NCBI GenBank assembly: GCA_965240325.2
Contig: OZ251235.1
Coordinates: forward strand, 744,001-808,000
Origin: Rebecca billardiae RCC1528
Lineage: Eukaryota; Protista; Haptophyta
DNA: 64,000 nucleotides
Direction of reading: 5' to 3'
The notes under the pieces were generated by a model that worked only from the letters and a program-made list of their open reading frames with translations, was not told the origin of the DNA and did no database searches. Shown here piece after piece: positions 12,052-21,250 of the stretch (position 1 is its first letter; the number at the start of each line of letters is the position of its first letter). The position numbers were made by a program, and so were the translations under genes.

Positions 12052-14026
12052 TGATTAAACTTTTCTGAGGATAGCGCACCAGCAATTTCCCTTGACCGCC
12101 ATCCGGGCCGAAGTGGCGCAAAATGGCGGTTGCCCCGTTTGGGCGCCCTTCCGCGCCTTCGAGCGGCTCGTGCGCGTCGGGAAGTGCGCCGAAGCGTATC
12201 CGGAGCATGCTCCATCGACGCGTCGCACTGCCGGGCCCTCGCATGCGAGCCCATGCCGACGTCTGAGTGCGCCTCGCTGCGCACGGTACAGCTTGACGGT
12301 ACACGGCACGATTCGGCCGCGAGCAGCCTCGTGCGCGCGACCGAGCCAGAGGTGGTCGTCGAGAGTAGCACGAGCGGCGGCACACAAGCGGGCCTGGTCG
12401 TTGCCGAATATCTGACGCACCAATCGACCTCGCCCAGCGCCATCTGCTCGTTTGCGCACGTGTCGGAAAGAATGCGCAGCTGCCTGCAAACGCCGAGCGC
12501 GCAGATGAGGCGTGGGCGAGCGAAGGGGCGGCGAGGGCCGGCGCGTGCGCGCGCGTAAATTCGAGCCTCCCCATACGCATCGAAACACACCGCGCTCGCT
12601 CGTCGAGCTGCGCACGGGTATCGGTGCGCGCGCGCCAACGCGGCGCGCCGTGAACGCGCCCGGCGAATGCACACCTGCTCGCGCGCGCACGCGCACGTGA
12701 TGGACCGAGGAGGCCGCGCGAGCATGCGCGATGTGTCTGGATGGAGCGTGTAGGAGGTGTAGGCTGCGCTCCGCACGCGCTCCGCCACCGTGCACCGCGC
12801 TGCCCCTCGTCCACGCGATCGCCGCCGAGCCCAGATTCAAACGCGCGCGAGCGCTCGAGCGCACCTCCGGGCAGCAGTCGCAGCTATCGTGACGAAGGCG
12901 TGGCGAGAGGCAGATGTGCATGGCAAGTATCGTCATTGTGGTGCCCATCACGCGCACACTCTCGCGCATGCTCGCTGCACCACCTCGTCGCGCCCACGTG
13001 CAGCGCGCGGGGCGCGCTTCGTGCCCGGAGCAGCTGCGGAGCGGCTGCCGCGCGCAGTGCGCGCGGCGAGTAGGGCTCAGCCAATGGTCCGAGGGCGAGC
13101 CGGCCGAGCGTCGTGCGTGACGCACACGGACCTGGTGCAACGCCGCGTACCACTCGCAGCCACCATCGCGCCCGTACCAGCGAGCTGTGGCCGCCGCCGA
13201 CACCCCAAAGCAGCCCAGCCGTCAGCGCGCGACAGCCGACGAGCGTCAGCGCGCGACGCGCGCGTGCACCACCGTGATGAGCACGGATGAGCGCGCGCGC
13301 CCGTGTCGTAGCTCAGGTGGGGTCCCCCGATCGCACGCACCACCGCGCTGCCACGCCTTCGACCATCTTGTGTCACCACGCGGGCACACGCCGGGCAGGC
13401 GGCGGGGCAGCCCGCTCGGCAAACGGTCAGCGCGCAGCGAGGATGGAGTCCGGCGAGGGGCGACCGGAGTGTCCGGCGCGACGGAGGTGGTCCACGCCGT
13501 GGTCGCCGACGCGTTCCTCACCACCTCCGAGGCCGTGGTGGCCGCCCGGGAGAAGGAATGCTCCCAGTCGCACCCTTTGCAGTGCTCCTTTGCGCGTGCA
13601 CGCAACGGCGAGGAGCGGAAGCGTTAGAGGGCACTTTTTGTGCAGTTCAGGCGTTCTTTCCCCAAAATGTAGAATGCGCGGAGAAGTGCCCTCTAACGAT
13701 TTTCGTGTGCAGCCGTGCCGCGCGCGCGAGGAAGGCCACATGCGGCTCCTTGCACATCTGCTGCAGATCGGCTCGTGCTCGGCGAGCGCGGCGAGGAGGA
13801 AGGTGCGCGCTCGCGAGCTGGCGCACCTGGGAGTCCTCGCGGCCTCCGAGCAGAAAGAGCGCGTCGAGCGCAACGCCGCAGGTCGCACGGTCGCGATCTC
13901 GCGAGAGCGGTGGTGCGAGGGCGGGCCTCGCCATCGCGCGTTTCTGCGTCCAAACGCGGCCTCCGTAAAATCCGGATGGCGGTCAAGGGATTTTGCTGGT
14001 GCGCTATCCTCAGAAAAGTTTACACA
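12052..14026. mobile_element. Non-autonomous DNA transposon with 55-bp TIRs (TG...CA ends) inserted in a (TA)n tract
   Basis: 12052-12106 matches the reverse complement of 13972-14026 at 51/55 positions. Both ends abut TATATA runs. No recognisable transposase. Confidence 0.85.
13623..13697. repeat. Internal perfect 14-bp inverted repeat (gttagagggcactt ... aagtgccctctaac)
   Basis: Arms at 13623-13636 and 13684-13697 around a 47-bp loop. Confidence 0.85.
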
Positions 14027-14325
14027 TATATATTAACGACGTGGTATGCAACGGGCAGGCGTCAGAGTCAGCAAGCTGTAGCAGCAGATCGAGCAGCAGA
14101 GACAAACACCAGGATCAGCGCTCCATATAGAGTTATATAGTTATTATTCTAACTGGCGCGCGCAGAATCTCAGTATTCTCACAGAAGTGCCAAGTGGCCG
14201 GGGAATCGGACCGCCAGCCGGCCGAGGTGAGTGGTGACAGACGACCGTCATCTACAGTACTCCGACTACCCGTACCGGTCTCAGATAACACTTAACAGTC
14301 GCGTAGCTTTAAACGACAGATTGAC

Positions 14326-14347
14326 CAAAGGAATCAAGGGGGGTTTG
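14326..14347 (+). mobile_element. 22-bp micro-insertion with 7-bp TSD
   Basis: gattgac-[caaaggaatcaaggggggtttg]-gattgac. Confidence 0.7.
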
Positions 14348-14526
14348 GATTGACAGGCTAACTATACAGCAGATACTCATCATAGCGCAGTACTAAGTAC
14401 GACTGCTCATAGCTACGACACGCCGTACTCGTGGTAAGTAGTATACTCATTTCAGATATTTATAATAATAATATTATGATCGGCTACGCCGATCTTCGGG
14501 TAGTATTAGTAAACAACGAAGTTGAG

Positions 14527-15994
14527 GGCGCACGGCCCTACCAGTGGTAGTTGTCGCAGTTGTCGAGCGTTCTTCACCGAATCACGATGCGCGCGCCCGG
14601 CGCGTCGCCGTGCAGGAGGCGCGGGCGCGAGTAGCCGCTCCTTGCACGCCCTCGGCGTCTTCCCCTCCGAATGCGGGCCACGCGCGATGCGAGGTCGTCG
14701 AGAGCGCGCTGTCCGCCCACTGGAGCGCCAGCTCACGCGTGGACAGCGGCACGGGCCGCGGCCGCGGGCCGCCTGGGCGCACCGGCGCGCGCTCTCGACG
14801 TGCGCGCCGGGCACGATCAATCACGCCCGCCTCGAAGAGCCCGCCGATCACGCGCAAGATGAGCTCGCTCGCGTTCCGCGCCGCCGCCGCCGCCGCGCCC
14901 GCCGCGCCCGCCGCGCGAGCGGAGCGCAACCCTCGGCCGGCGGTCGGCGCGGCGCCCGCGCCCGCGCCCGCGCCGGGCGCCGGCGCGCACGTCTCACAGA
15001 GCAGGGTGTGGCGATCGCGCTGGGCCGGGGCGCGGCGGCGGGCGTGAGTGCGGAGAGCAGCGTGACTCGGAAGCACGGCTGCGAGTCGTCCGGCAGGTGC
15101 AGCACGTGCGCGCCGTCGCGCAGCGCGCCGCCCAGCCTCCCGCGCACGCCGAGCCCCAGCATGTGCGAGTGCCGCAGGTGCGGCCGCGCGCGCTCGCGCG
15201 CCGCGTCGAGCGCGCGCGCCGCCGCGCGGCGCGACAGAGTCAAGAAGCGTGTCTCGAGCGGCGCGGTAGAGAGCAGCGCGGAGTAGCGCACGCGCTCGCC
15301 ACCCTCAAGCACCGCCTCGTGCTCGTGCGCCCGCGAACAAGCGGCTCGCGCCGCCGTCCCGTTGCCGGAGCCCGACGTGATTGATGACGACGCGGCTGAG
15401 CCGAGCGAGCGCGGGCGCGCCCGCGCGCACGTCGCGGCCCCGCGCCACGAACCTGGCGGGTATTTTTCCAGCACTTCGTCCTAAGTGGGGAGCTCAAAAA
15501 ACGCCGTTTCGCTTCAAAGAATGATCAAAGATACCAGCTGGCACCCTACCTGTACGGGCGTTGGACGCGCGATGATACCAGGGCGCGCGGGAACGTCGAT
15601 TCAGGCTACCCGCGCAATAACATCTCGCGTCGCTCTGATGAATCTGAGGAGTGAACAGCTATCCGGAAAATAGTTCGATATCTCACCTTCTTTATCATCA
15701 GGTCAACACACGAATCTTGACTATCAGAAAGGTAGCTATTAAGATGTCTTTGTCCTATTTGATTTCGATTTCTTCTATTACTTACTATCCAAGGATTAAG
15801 GGGCAGTACAAACGCAATCATGAGCAGCGATATGCGGACTCAAATGCTGCGGTTTCACACCTAAATCCACCTACAAAAATCCCCCAAATCCTGCGCGCGC
15901 ATCCTCTTTTATTTGATTTGCGGAGCACGTGCGCCGCCCCCCCCCGGCTTTCGCTCACGCTCAGACCTTAACCTTTCGGGGGGGGCCGTGCGCC
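14527..15994. mobile_element. Possible degenerate TIR element containing a gene fragment
   Basis: 12-bp IR ggcgcacggccc (14527-14538) / gggccgtgcgcc (15983-15994) and an AT-rich right part; no TSD seen. Confidence 0.35.
14640..15330 (-). pseudogene. Frameshifted fragment resembling a eukaryotic UDP-galactopyranose mutase / flavin amine-oxidase-family gene
   Basis: GERVRYSALLSTAPL...LRHSHMLGLGVRG...LHLPDDSQPCFRVTLLS, then in another frame VIGGLFEAGVI...PVPLSTRELAL. The N-terminal GxGxxG FAD motif is absent. Confidence 0.5.
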
Positions 15995-16278
15995 ATAATA
16001 TACTGCTTCAGTCATCATAGTAATCGTCGATCGGACTCGCAGGATCTAGACCTAGTCGGTCAGCATCTGAATCACGACGCTTACATTACGCGCGCCACGC
16101 CGCCGGCGGCCCGCACCTCGGTGCGCCATAGCCATAGGTGATAGGTGCGGCAGGCCGGACTGGCCGCCTGACTTCGACGGAGTGGCAACTCTGTGCGGCG
16201 CTGGCACCTCGAGAGTCGAGTCCGGAGCAGATCCGCGGCCCGTGAGTGCGTGCCCGGCCTCGTCGGCAGTCTTAGCCG

Positions 16279-18516
16279 TCAGTCGTCGTACTCGTCCGGC
16301 GAGCCTTGATCGTCGGACCCATGAGTGTCACTCCCGGAAATGCTCTCGTCTCCCATCTCGTCATCATCCCAAGCCTCGGGCCAGGGGTCGTCGTCGCTGC
16401 CGAGGTCGGCCTCAGCAGCGCCAGGCGGGTACACTTGCTCGTAGAGCCGCTTGCTCGGCGCGCGCGCCGCCTGCGAGTGCACCTGAGACGTGAGCAGGTC
16501 GTCCAGCATGCCGTCGTCACCAGTCCACGCCTCGCGCACGACGTGCGCCGTCGACGGCGCAGGGGCCCCCGGGACTCCCCCTGGCATCGCGGACGCGCCG
16601 CCGGCGCCGCCAGCAGACTCCAGCGAGTAGCGAGCGTGCTCGATCGGGTCGTCCTCGTCCACGGCGGGGCCGCCTTCGCACACGTACAGCTCGCGGAGTG
16701 CGCAGAGGTTCGGCAGCGCGCGCACCGCCGCGTCCCCGACGCCGAGGCCCTCGAGGGAGAGCCGCGCGAGCGTGCGCGGCAGGAGCGCGAGGACCTCGGC
16801 GCCGAGGGGCAACCCGCCGGGCGGCGGCGGCTGCTTCGGATTGAGCTGCTTGAAATAGCCGCCCTTGTACTTGGGCTTGGGCTGCTTGTACACGCGCAGC
16901 TCGAGCGACTCGAGCGCCGGCGCGCCCGGCAGCACCTGCGACAGCACGAACGCCAGGTTGTCCGCCGCGTGGTCCGGGTACGTGGGCGTGGCCGCGTTGA
17001 GTCTCAGCGGCTGGCCTCTGTGCAGACCGCTGTGTGGGTTCGGCTCCGTGTCGTTGTGGTACTGCGCCCAGCGCATGCGCAGGCTGAGCGAGCGCAGCGC
17101 GCCGAAGAGCGGGCGGCCGGCGTGCCCGGCGCGCGCCGGCACTGGGTGCTCGCGGGCCCACTCCTTCGCCTCGCGCGTCTCGCGCAGCTGCGTCGTCTGC
17201 CGCCACACGTCGCCGCACTCGAGCCGCGCGCTCAGCGCGCGCAGGTTGGGCAACGCGCGGCCGAGCAGCAGCAGCGGCCGGAGCTCGAGGCCGTCCGGGT
17301 ACGGCGCCTTGTGCGCGAGCCAGCGCCTGTACCCGGCCCCGCGCACCACCAGCGCGCTGAGCGCGTGCAGCTCCGGCGCCACCACCTTGCCCTGCCGCAC
17401 GTCCCGGCCGCTCGCGCCGCCGCCGGCAAGCGCAGCCACCAGCCTGGCCGCGCTGTCCTCGCAGTTGAGCAGCGCCGTGGGCAGCGCGAGGGAGCGGAGG
17501 CGCGGCGTGGCGCGCAGCACGGCCTCCCACTCGTCGACGCCCAGGTACGACTCCTCCACGTGCAGCGAGAGCAGGCTGCCGAAGAAGGGCAGCTTCGCCA
17601 TCCCGAGCAGAAGGTTCTGCGGAGACGCGTTATGACCGCACTGCGCGCGCAGACGCACGGACGTCACGGCCGAGCCGAGGTGGCGCGCGATGGAGAGGGC
17701 GCGCTTGGTGTCGGGGCCGGTGGCGCCGAACGGCCAGAAGGCGAGCTCGTGCACCGCGCCCGCGGGGATCATCCCGCGGAGCCGCTGCAGCCCCTCGCTG
17801 CTCGGCCAGAAACGGTCGGGGAATTTGAACGCGCTCTCGCGCTTGTCCTGCTCGCGCATCTTGCCGCGCCGCGGCCGGTAGCCGCCGCTCACCTGCTCGA
17901 GGTGGCGGTCGCCGAATTCGAGCGAGGCCCAGAGCTCGGGGAACGCGCGCAGCGCGCGCCACTCCTTGCTCACGCACGTGACGACCGTCAAGCGCTCGAG
18001 CAGCGAGAGGTGGCCGCCGCTCGCGACGAGCACGAGCACCTGCAGCAGCAGCGGCAGCCCCGCGTCGGCCGGGACCGCGCCGTCGACGGCGGCGGCAACC
18101 TTGGCGAGCGAGGTGCTGAGTGCGCGGGCCTCCTTCTTCCGCTGCGCTTGCGCCGCCTTCGTCGCCGCCTTCTTCGACTCGCGCGCCGCCTCCGCGTCGA
18201 GCATGGCGCTCTTCAGGGCGACGAGCGTCGACCGATGCTTCGATTTCGGGATGTCGTCGCGGAAGACGATCTCGCTCCACGGCGACCGATCGACGCCGAA
18301 CGCCATGAAGCTCTGCTTCACACTGCCGCCGCCCTGGAGCGTGCTCGGCAGCACGCAGCCGAAGCACTTGAAATGGTTGTAGGCACCGTCAGTGCCTGTC
18401 GGCCGGTTGAAGCGCAACTCGCCCGGGTGCATGGCCTTGTGGCATGACTCGCACTTGCAGCTGCGCGGGCCGACGGTCTCGATGTAGTTGACCCCTCCGA
18501 GGTGCTTGAACTCCAT
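16279..18516 (-). CDS. PARP-type zinc finger + F-box + LRR-like protein (intronless)
   Basis: First ATG gives MEFKHL. RSCKCESCHKAMHPGELRF...HFKC is zf-PARP-like, LPLLLQVLVL...LERLTVVTCVSKEWRAL...LW is an F-box, and LxxLxL repeats plus an acidic tail follow. Confidence 0.75.
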   Translation of the reverse strand: MEFKHLGGVNYIETVGPRSCKCESCHKAMHPGELRFNRPTGTDGAYNHFKCFGCVLPSTLQGGGSVKQSFMAFGVDRSPWSEIVFRDDIPKSKHRSTLVALKSAMLDAEAARESKKAATKAAQAQRKKEARALSTSLAKVAAAVDGAVPADAGLPLLLQVLVLVASGGHLSLLERLTVVTCVSKEWRALRAFPELWASLEFGDRHLEQVSGGYRPRRGKMREQDKRESAFKFPDRFWPSSEGLQRLRGMIPAGAVHELAFWPFGATGPDTKRALSIARHLGSAVTSVRLRAQCGHNASPQNLLLGMAKLPFFGSLLSLHVEESYLGVDEWEAVLRATPRLRSLALPTALLNCEDSAARLVAALAGGGASGRDVRQGKVVAPELHALSALVVRGAGYRRWLAHKAPYPDGLELRPLLLLGRALPNLRALSARLECGDVWRQTTQLRETREAKEWAREHPVPARAGHAGRPLFGALRSLSLRMRWAQYHNDTEPNPHSGLHRGQPLRLNAATPTYPDHAADNLAFVLSQVLPGAPALESLELRVYKQPKPKYKGGYFKQLNPKQPPPPGGLPLGAEVLALLPRTLARLSLEGLGVGDAAVRALPNLCALRELYVCEGGPAVDEDDPIEHARYSLESAGGAGGASAMPGGVPGAPAPSTAHVVREAWTGDDGMLDDLLTSQVHSQAARAPSKRLYEQVYPPGAAEADLGSDDDPWPEAWDDDEMGDESISGSDTHGSDDQGSPDEYDD

Positions 18517-18633
18517 CGTCGCCTCAGCGCGCCTCGAGGATGCCCCCGCGGTCCCTGCACAACCGGTCGCCGCGGCCACTCCGTGACAGGGGCGCGGAAC
18601 TTGCCGCCCCGCAAAGACTTGACTTGAGCTTAC

Positions 18634-18650
18634 CCCCCTTGATTCCTTTG
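18634..18650 (-). mobile_element. 17-bp truncated micro-insertion with 7-bp TSD, same family as 14326
   Basis: agcttac-[cccccttgattcctttg]-agcttac; the reverse complement equals the first 17 nt of the 14326 element. Confidence 0.65.
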
Positions 18651-18712
18651 AGCTTACTGTACTGGGTTGCACACTTCAGCGATTCACGTACTGTACTACT
18701 GTACTGTACAAT

Positions 18713-18734
18713 CAAAGGTCGTTCTATTCCTTTG
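18713..18734. mobile_element. 22-bp micro-insertion with CAAAGG/CCTTTG ends and 7-bp TSD
   Basis: gtacaat-[caaaggtcgttctattcctttg]-gtacaat. Confidence 0.7.
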
Positions 18735-18777
18735 GTACAATCGTCATCGGAGTCGTTGATTCCCCGGTCATGATGCT

Positions 18778-18825
18778 ACAGTTTACTAAGAATAAGAGAC
18801 GCACACAGCTCAGGCAGGCGAGATC
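18778..18825 (+). repeat. ~45-bp dispersed repeat, copy 1
   Basis: acagtttactaagaataagagacgcacacagctcaggcaggcgagatc; near-identical copies at 20945 (+) and 59975 (-). Confidence 0.9.
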
Positions 18826-19800
18826 AAGTCGACGATTCGACGAACGACTTGTCCTGCGACCTGCTGATCCTCCTCGTGCGCCAGTCAGACCAACTTGGGC
18901 GGTAGGTCAGAGTCGTAATGACGCGGCCGAGCGCAGCCGCGCGCACACGGCATGTTGCCACCGTGTGGGCCACAGCACATGGCCGCGCACTACACTCTAC
19001 ACTACAGACTACAGAGCAGTCTGAAGTCACAGACAGTAGACACAGTCACCGACAGTCGGCTCGGATCCGCCGGGACCGAGCTCCGGGACGTACAGGGGAC
19101 TTCATCGGAGCGCTGCCGACGTGCGGTCGTGCGGCTGCCGCCCGCGCGGTCCGGGTCACGGTCACCGGAGCGGCCAGTAACCGCGCGGGGCCGAGACGCT
19201 GATGAGCCTGAGAGTGAGACGGTATATTCCGTCGCGTAACCTACTGCTACATATATATATATATATACAGTTCACGGGCGTGCCGCTGACCCGACACCAC
19301 TTTGACAGTCACAGACACACTCACACAGTGCTGACCATCACCAGTCAGACTGTCACGCCTCCGATCGGTACAGTGGTACACTCTGACTCGGGATTGAAGT
19401 ATTTGAAGTTGTAATGGCGGCGGTACGGGGACATGAGCTTGCATGACAGCTGCCGCGGCGAGGGCCTAGCCGAGCTGCAGCCCTCGGAACGCGCCACATG
19501 CTCGTCGGCGTCTCGGGGCACGGAGCTTGTTTGCTGGCGTGCTCGCCCGGCAGCGGAGAAAGTCATCGCACAACGCTGCGCTTGACCGCATTCGTGTAGC
19601 ACGGTTCTGGGTACATGCTTGCGGCACCAGGAAAGTCGCCTCCTGCGAGCGCGAGCCCGTCCGTCGGGGTCAGCCCGGTCGGCCTAGGGCACGCTCGCGT
19701 GATCGGTCGCCGGACAGGGCCAGGAAAGCTGCGACGGCCATCGGACGGCGAGGCAGCTCCAATCGGACGGATGATCGTGCGAAGATCTCATCCGGATTCG

Positions 19801-20121
19801 CTAGTGCCGCGAAGCAAGCATCTTTGCACCGCTGGACTGCGTGAGCGCTTCGCACTCAAAAGATGCCAGCCTGCGCAGCGCGAGGAAGCCGCGATCGACC
19901 AGGGCCTCGACGGCCGCTCCATTTGTCTCGCACGTGTGCTGCCGGAAGTTGTCACGCACGAGCTGGCTCAGCAGGTGGCCCTGGGTGCGGCTGCAGCGCA
20001 TAGCCTCGAGCTCGTGCTTGATCTCGCACTCGGCAAGCGCCCGCGACGTACCCATGTCCAGCCGCTGCGAGGCTCGCAAGAGCGACTTGTACAGCGCGCG
20101 CACAACGGTGCGGTTGCACAT
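19801..20121 (-). CDS. Small LYR-motif-like protein
   Basis: VVRALYKSLLR...VRDNFRQH...GFLALRRL resembles the Complex1_LYR-type pattern. Confidence 0.55.
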   Translation of the reverse strand: MCNRTVVRALYKSLLRASQRLDMGTSRALAECEIKHELEAMRCSRTQGHLLSQLVRDNFRQHTCETNGAAVEALVDRGFLALRRLASFECEALTQSSGAKMLASRH

Positions 20122-20386
20122 GGCCGGGGAGGTCCGCCGCCGTCCGCGCGTCGGCCGCCCGGGCCGGCAAAGCCGCGAGCGGTTGATACCGGGTCCGCAG
20201 CTCGAAAGTTAGCCCACCGACTCTCGAAAGGGCACGGTGGATGCTGATTGGAGCATGCCCAAACATGAGCGGAACAAGGGGTCGACGGAACGGGCTGATT
20301 AAGACTATTCAGGAGGGCTCCTCATCAAGACCATTGTCACAAACGAGTATGGCTGCCGGCCGCGCGGGGGACCTCGCAAGGCCATC

Positions 20387-20689
20387 ATGAGCCCAATATT
20401 CGAGTCGCAGATGCTCAAGGCGCTGGCTTCGCTTGCAATCGTCGCAACTGGGCTTGTTGGTATCGCCATCGGCAATCGCATACAGGGGGCCTACCTGCTA
20501 CGCGAAATGGTGTGTGGCATCGCGATCCGCACGAGAGATGCGTACGCGATCAACACTCCATCGCGCTTGAGTGATCTCCCCCACGCCCTCGCGATGTGCC
20601 GTGTGCACGTGGTGCAGAATCGCATAGAGGAGGAGGCGAAAGCGCTGAAAGAGCGGCGTGCCCGGGCGAACACGTCAGACACTCGGTAA
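20387..20689 (+). CDS. Hypothetical small single-TM protein
   Basis: ATG-started 100-aa ORF with normal amino-acid composition, an N-terminal hydrophobic helix and a charged C-terminus; divergent from 20121. Confidence 0.5.
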   Translation: MSPIFESQMLKALASLAIVATGLVGIAIGNRIQGAYLLREMVCGIAIRTRDAYAINTPSRLSDLPHALAMCRVHVVQNRIEEEAKALKERRARANTSDTR

Positions 20690-20944
20690 ATGCTTTTGTC
20701 CTCGGCCACCTGCCCCAGATCGTCGTTCACTTCGCAGATTGTGGGCCGCACCTGCGCGGGCCCGTGGCGCCGGCCCTCACTCTGATGCCGTGATGTTGCA
20801 GGCGGAGTCGGCGGACAAGCTAGCAGCGTGTAGTCCCGGACAGCCTGGCCGCATCGGAAACCGCGGTCGTCATCGTCATCACATTATAACTATACATTAT
20901 TAGTCAGCAGCTTTATCCGATGACACCGTACCGCGACTAGTTTG

Positions 20945-20992
20945 AGTTTACTAAGAAAGTAAGAGACGCACACAGCTCAGGCAGGCGAGATC
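20945..20992 (+). repeat. ~45-bp dispersed repeat, copy 2
   Basis: agtttactaagaaagtaagagacgcacacagctcaggcaggcgagatc. Confidence 0.9.
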
Positions 20993-21250
20993 GATGATAG
21001 TATCCTCGGTCTCGGCGGCGGACTTCCGATTTGTCACTTGACGATGACACCGTCTGACACGGACCGACTCGGACTCCGATAGCCAGTGCTAAGCTACGGA
21101 CAAGTGTCAATCGGTTGACAGTCTGTCTGACCGCGATTCAGCGCGTTGATGTGAGACCGCCGGGACGACCGCGTTTCGGCGTAATTCGTTCTGGTTCGAC
21201 GATGTCGGATACGGGATACTGGTAACCGTGAATCATGGCCTCATGACGCG

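Noticed and set aside
12052-14026. Transposase ORF within the TIR element
   Set aside because: No DDE, HUH or recombinase motifs are recognisable in any frame.
14326-18650. A single 4.3-kb transposon carrying the F-box gene, bounded by a perfect 19-bp inverted repeat
   Set aside because: Each arm has its own distinct 7-bp TSD and the outer flanks do not match, so two independent micro-insertions in opposite orientation fit better.
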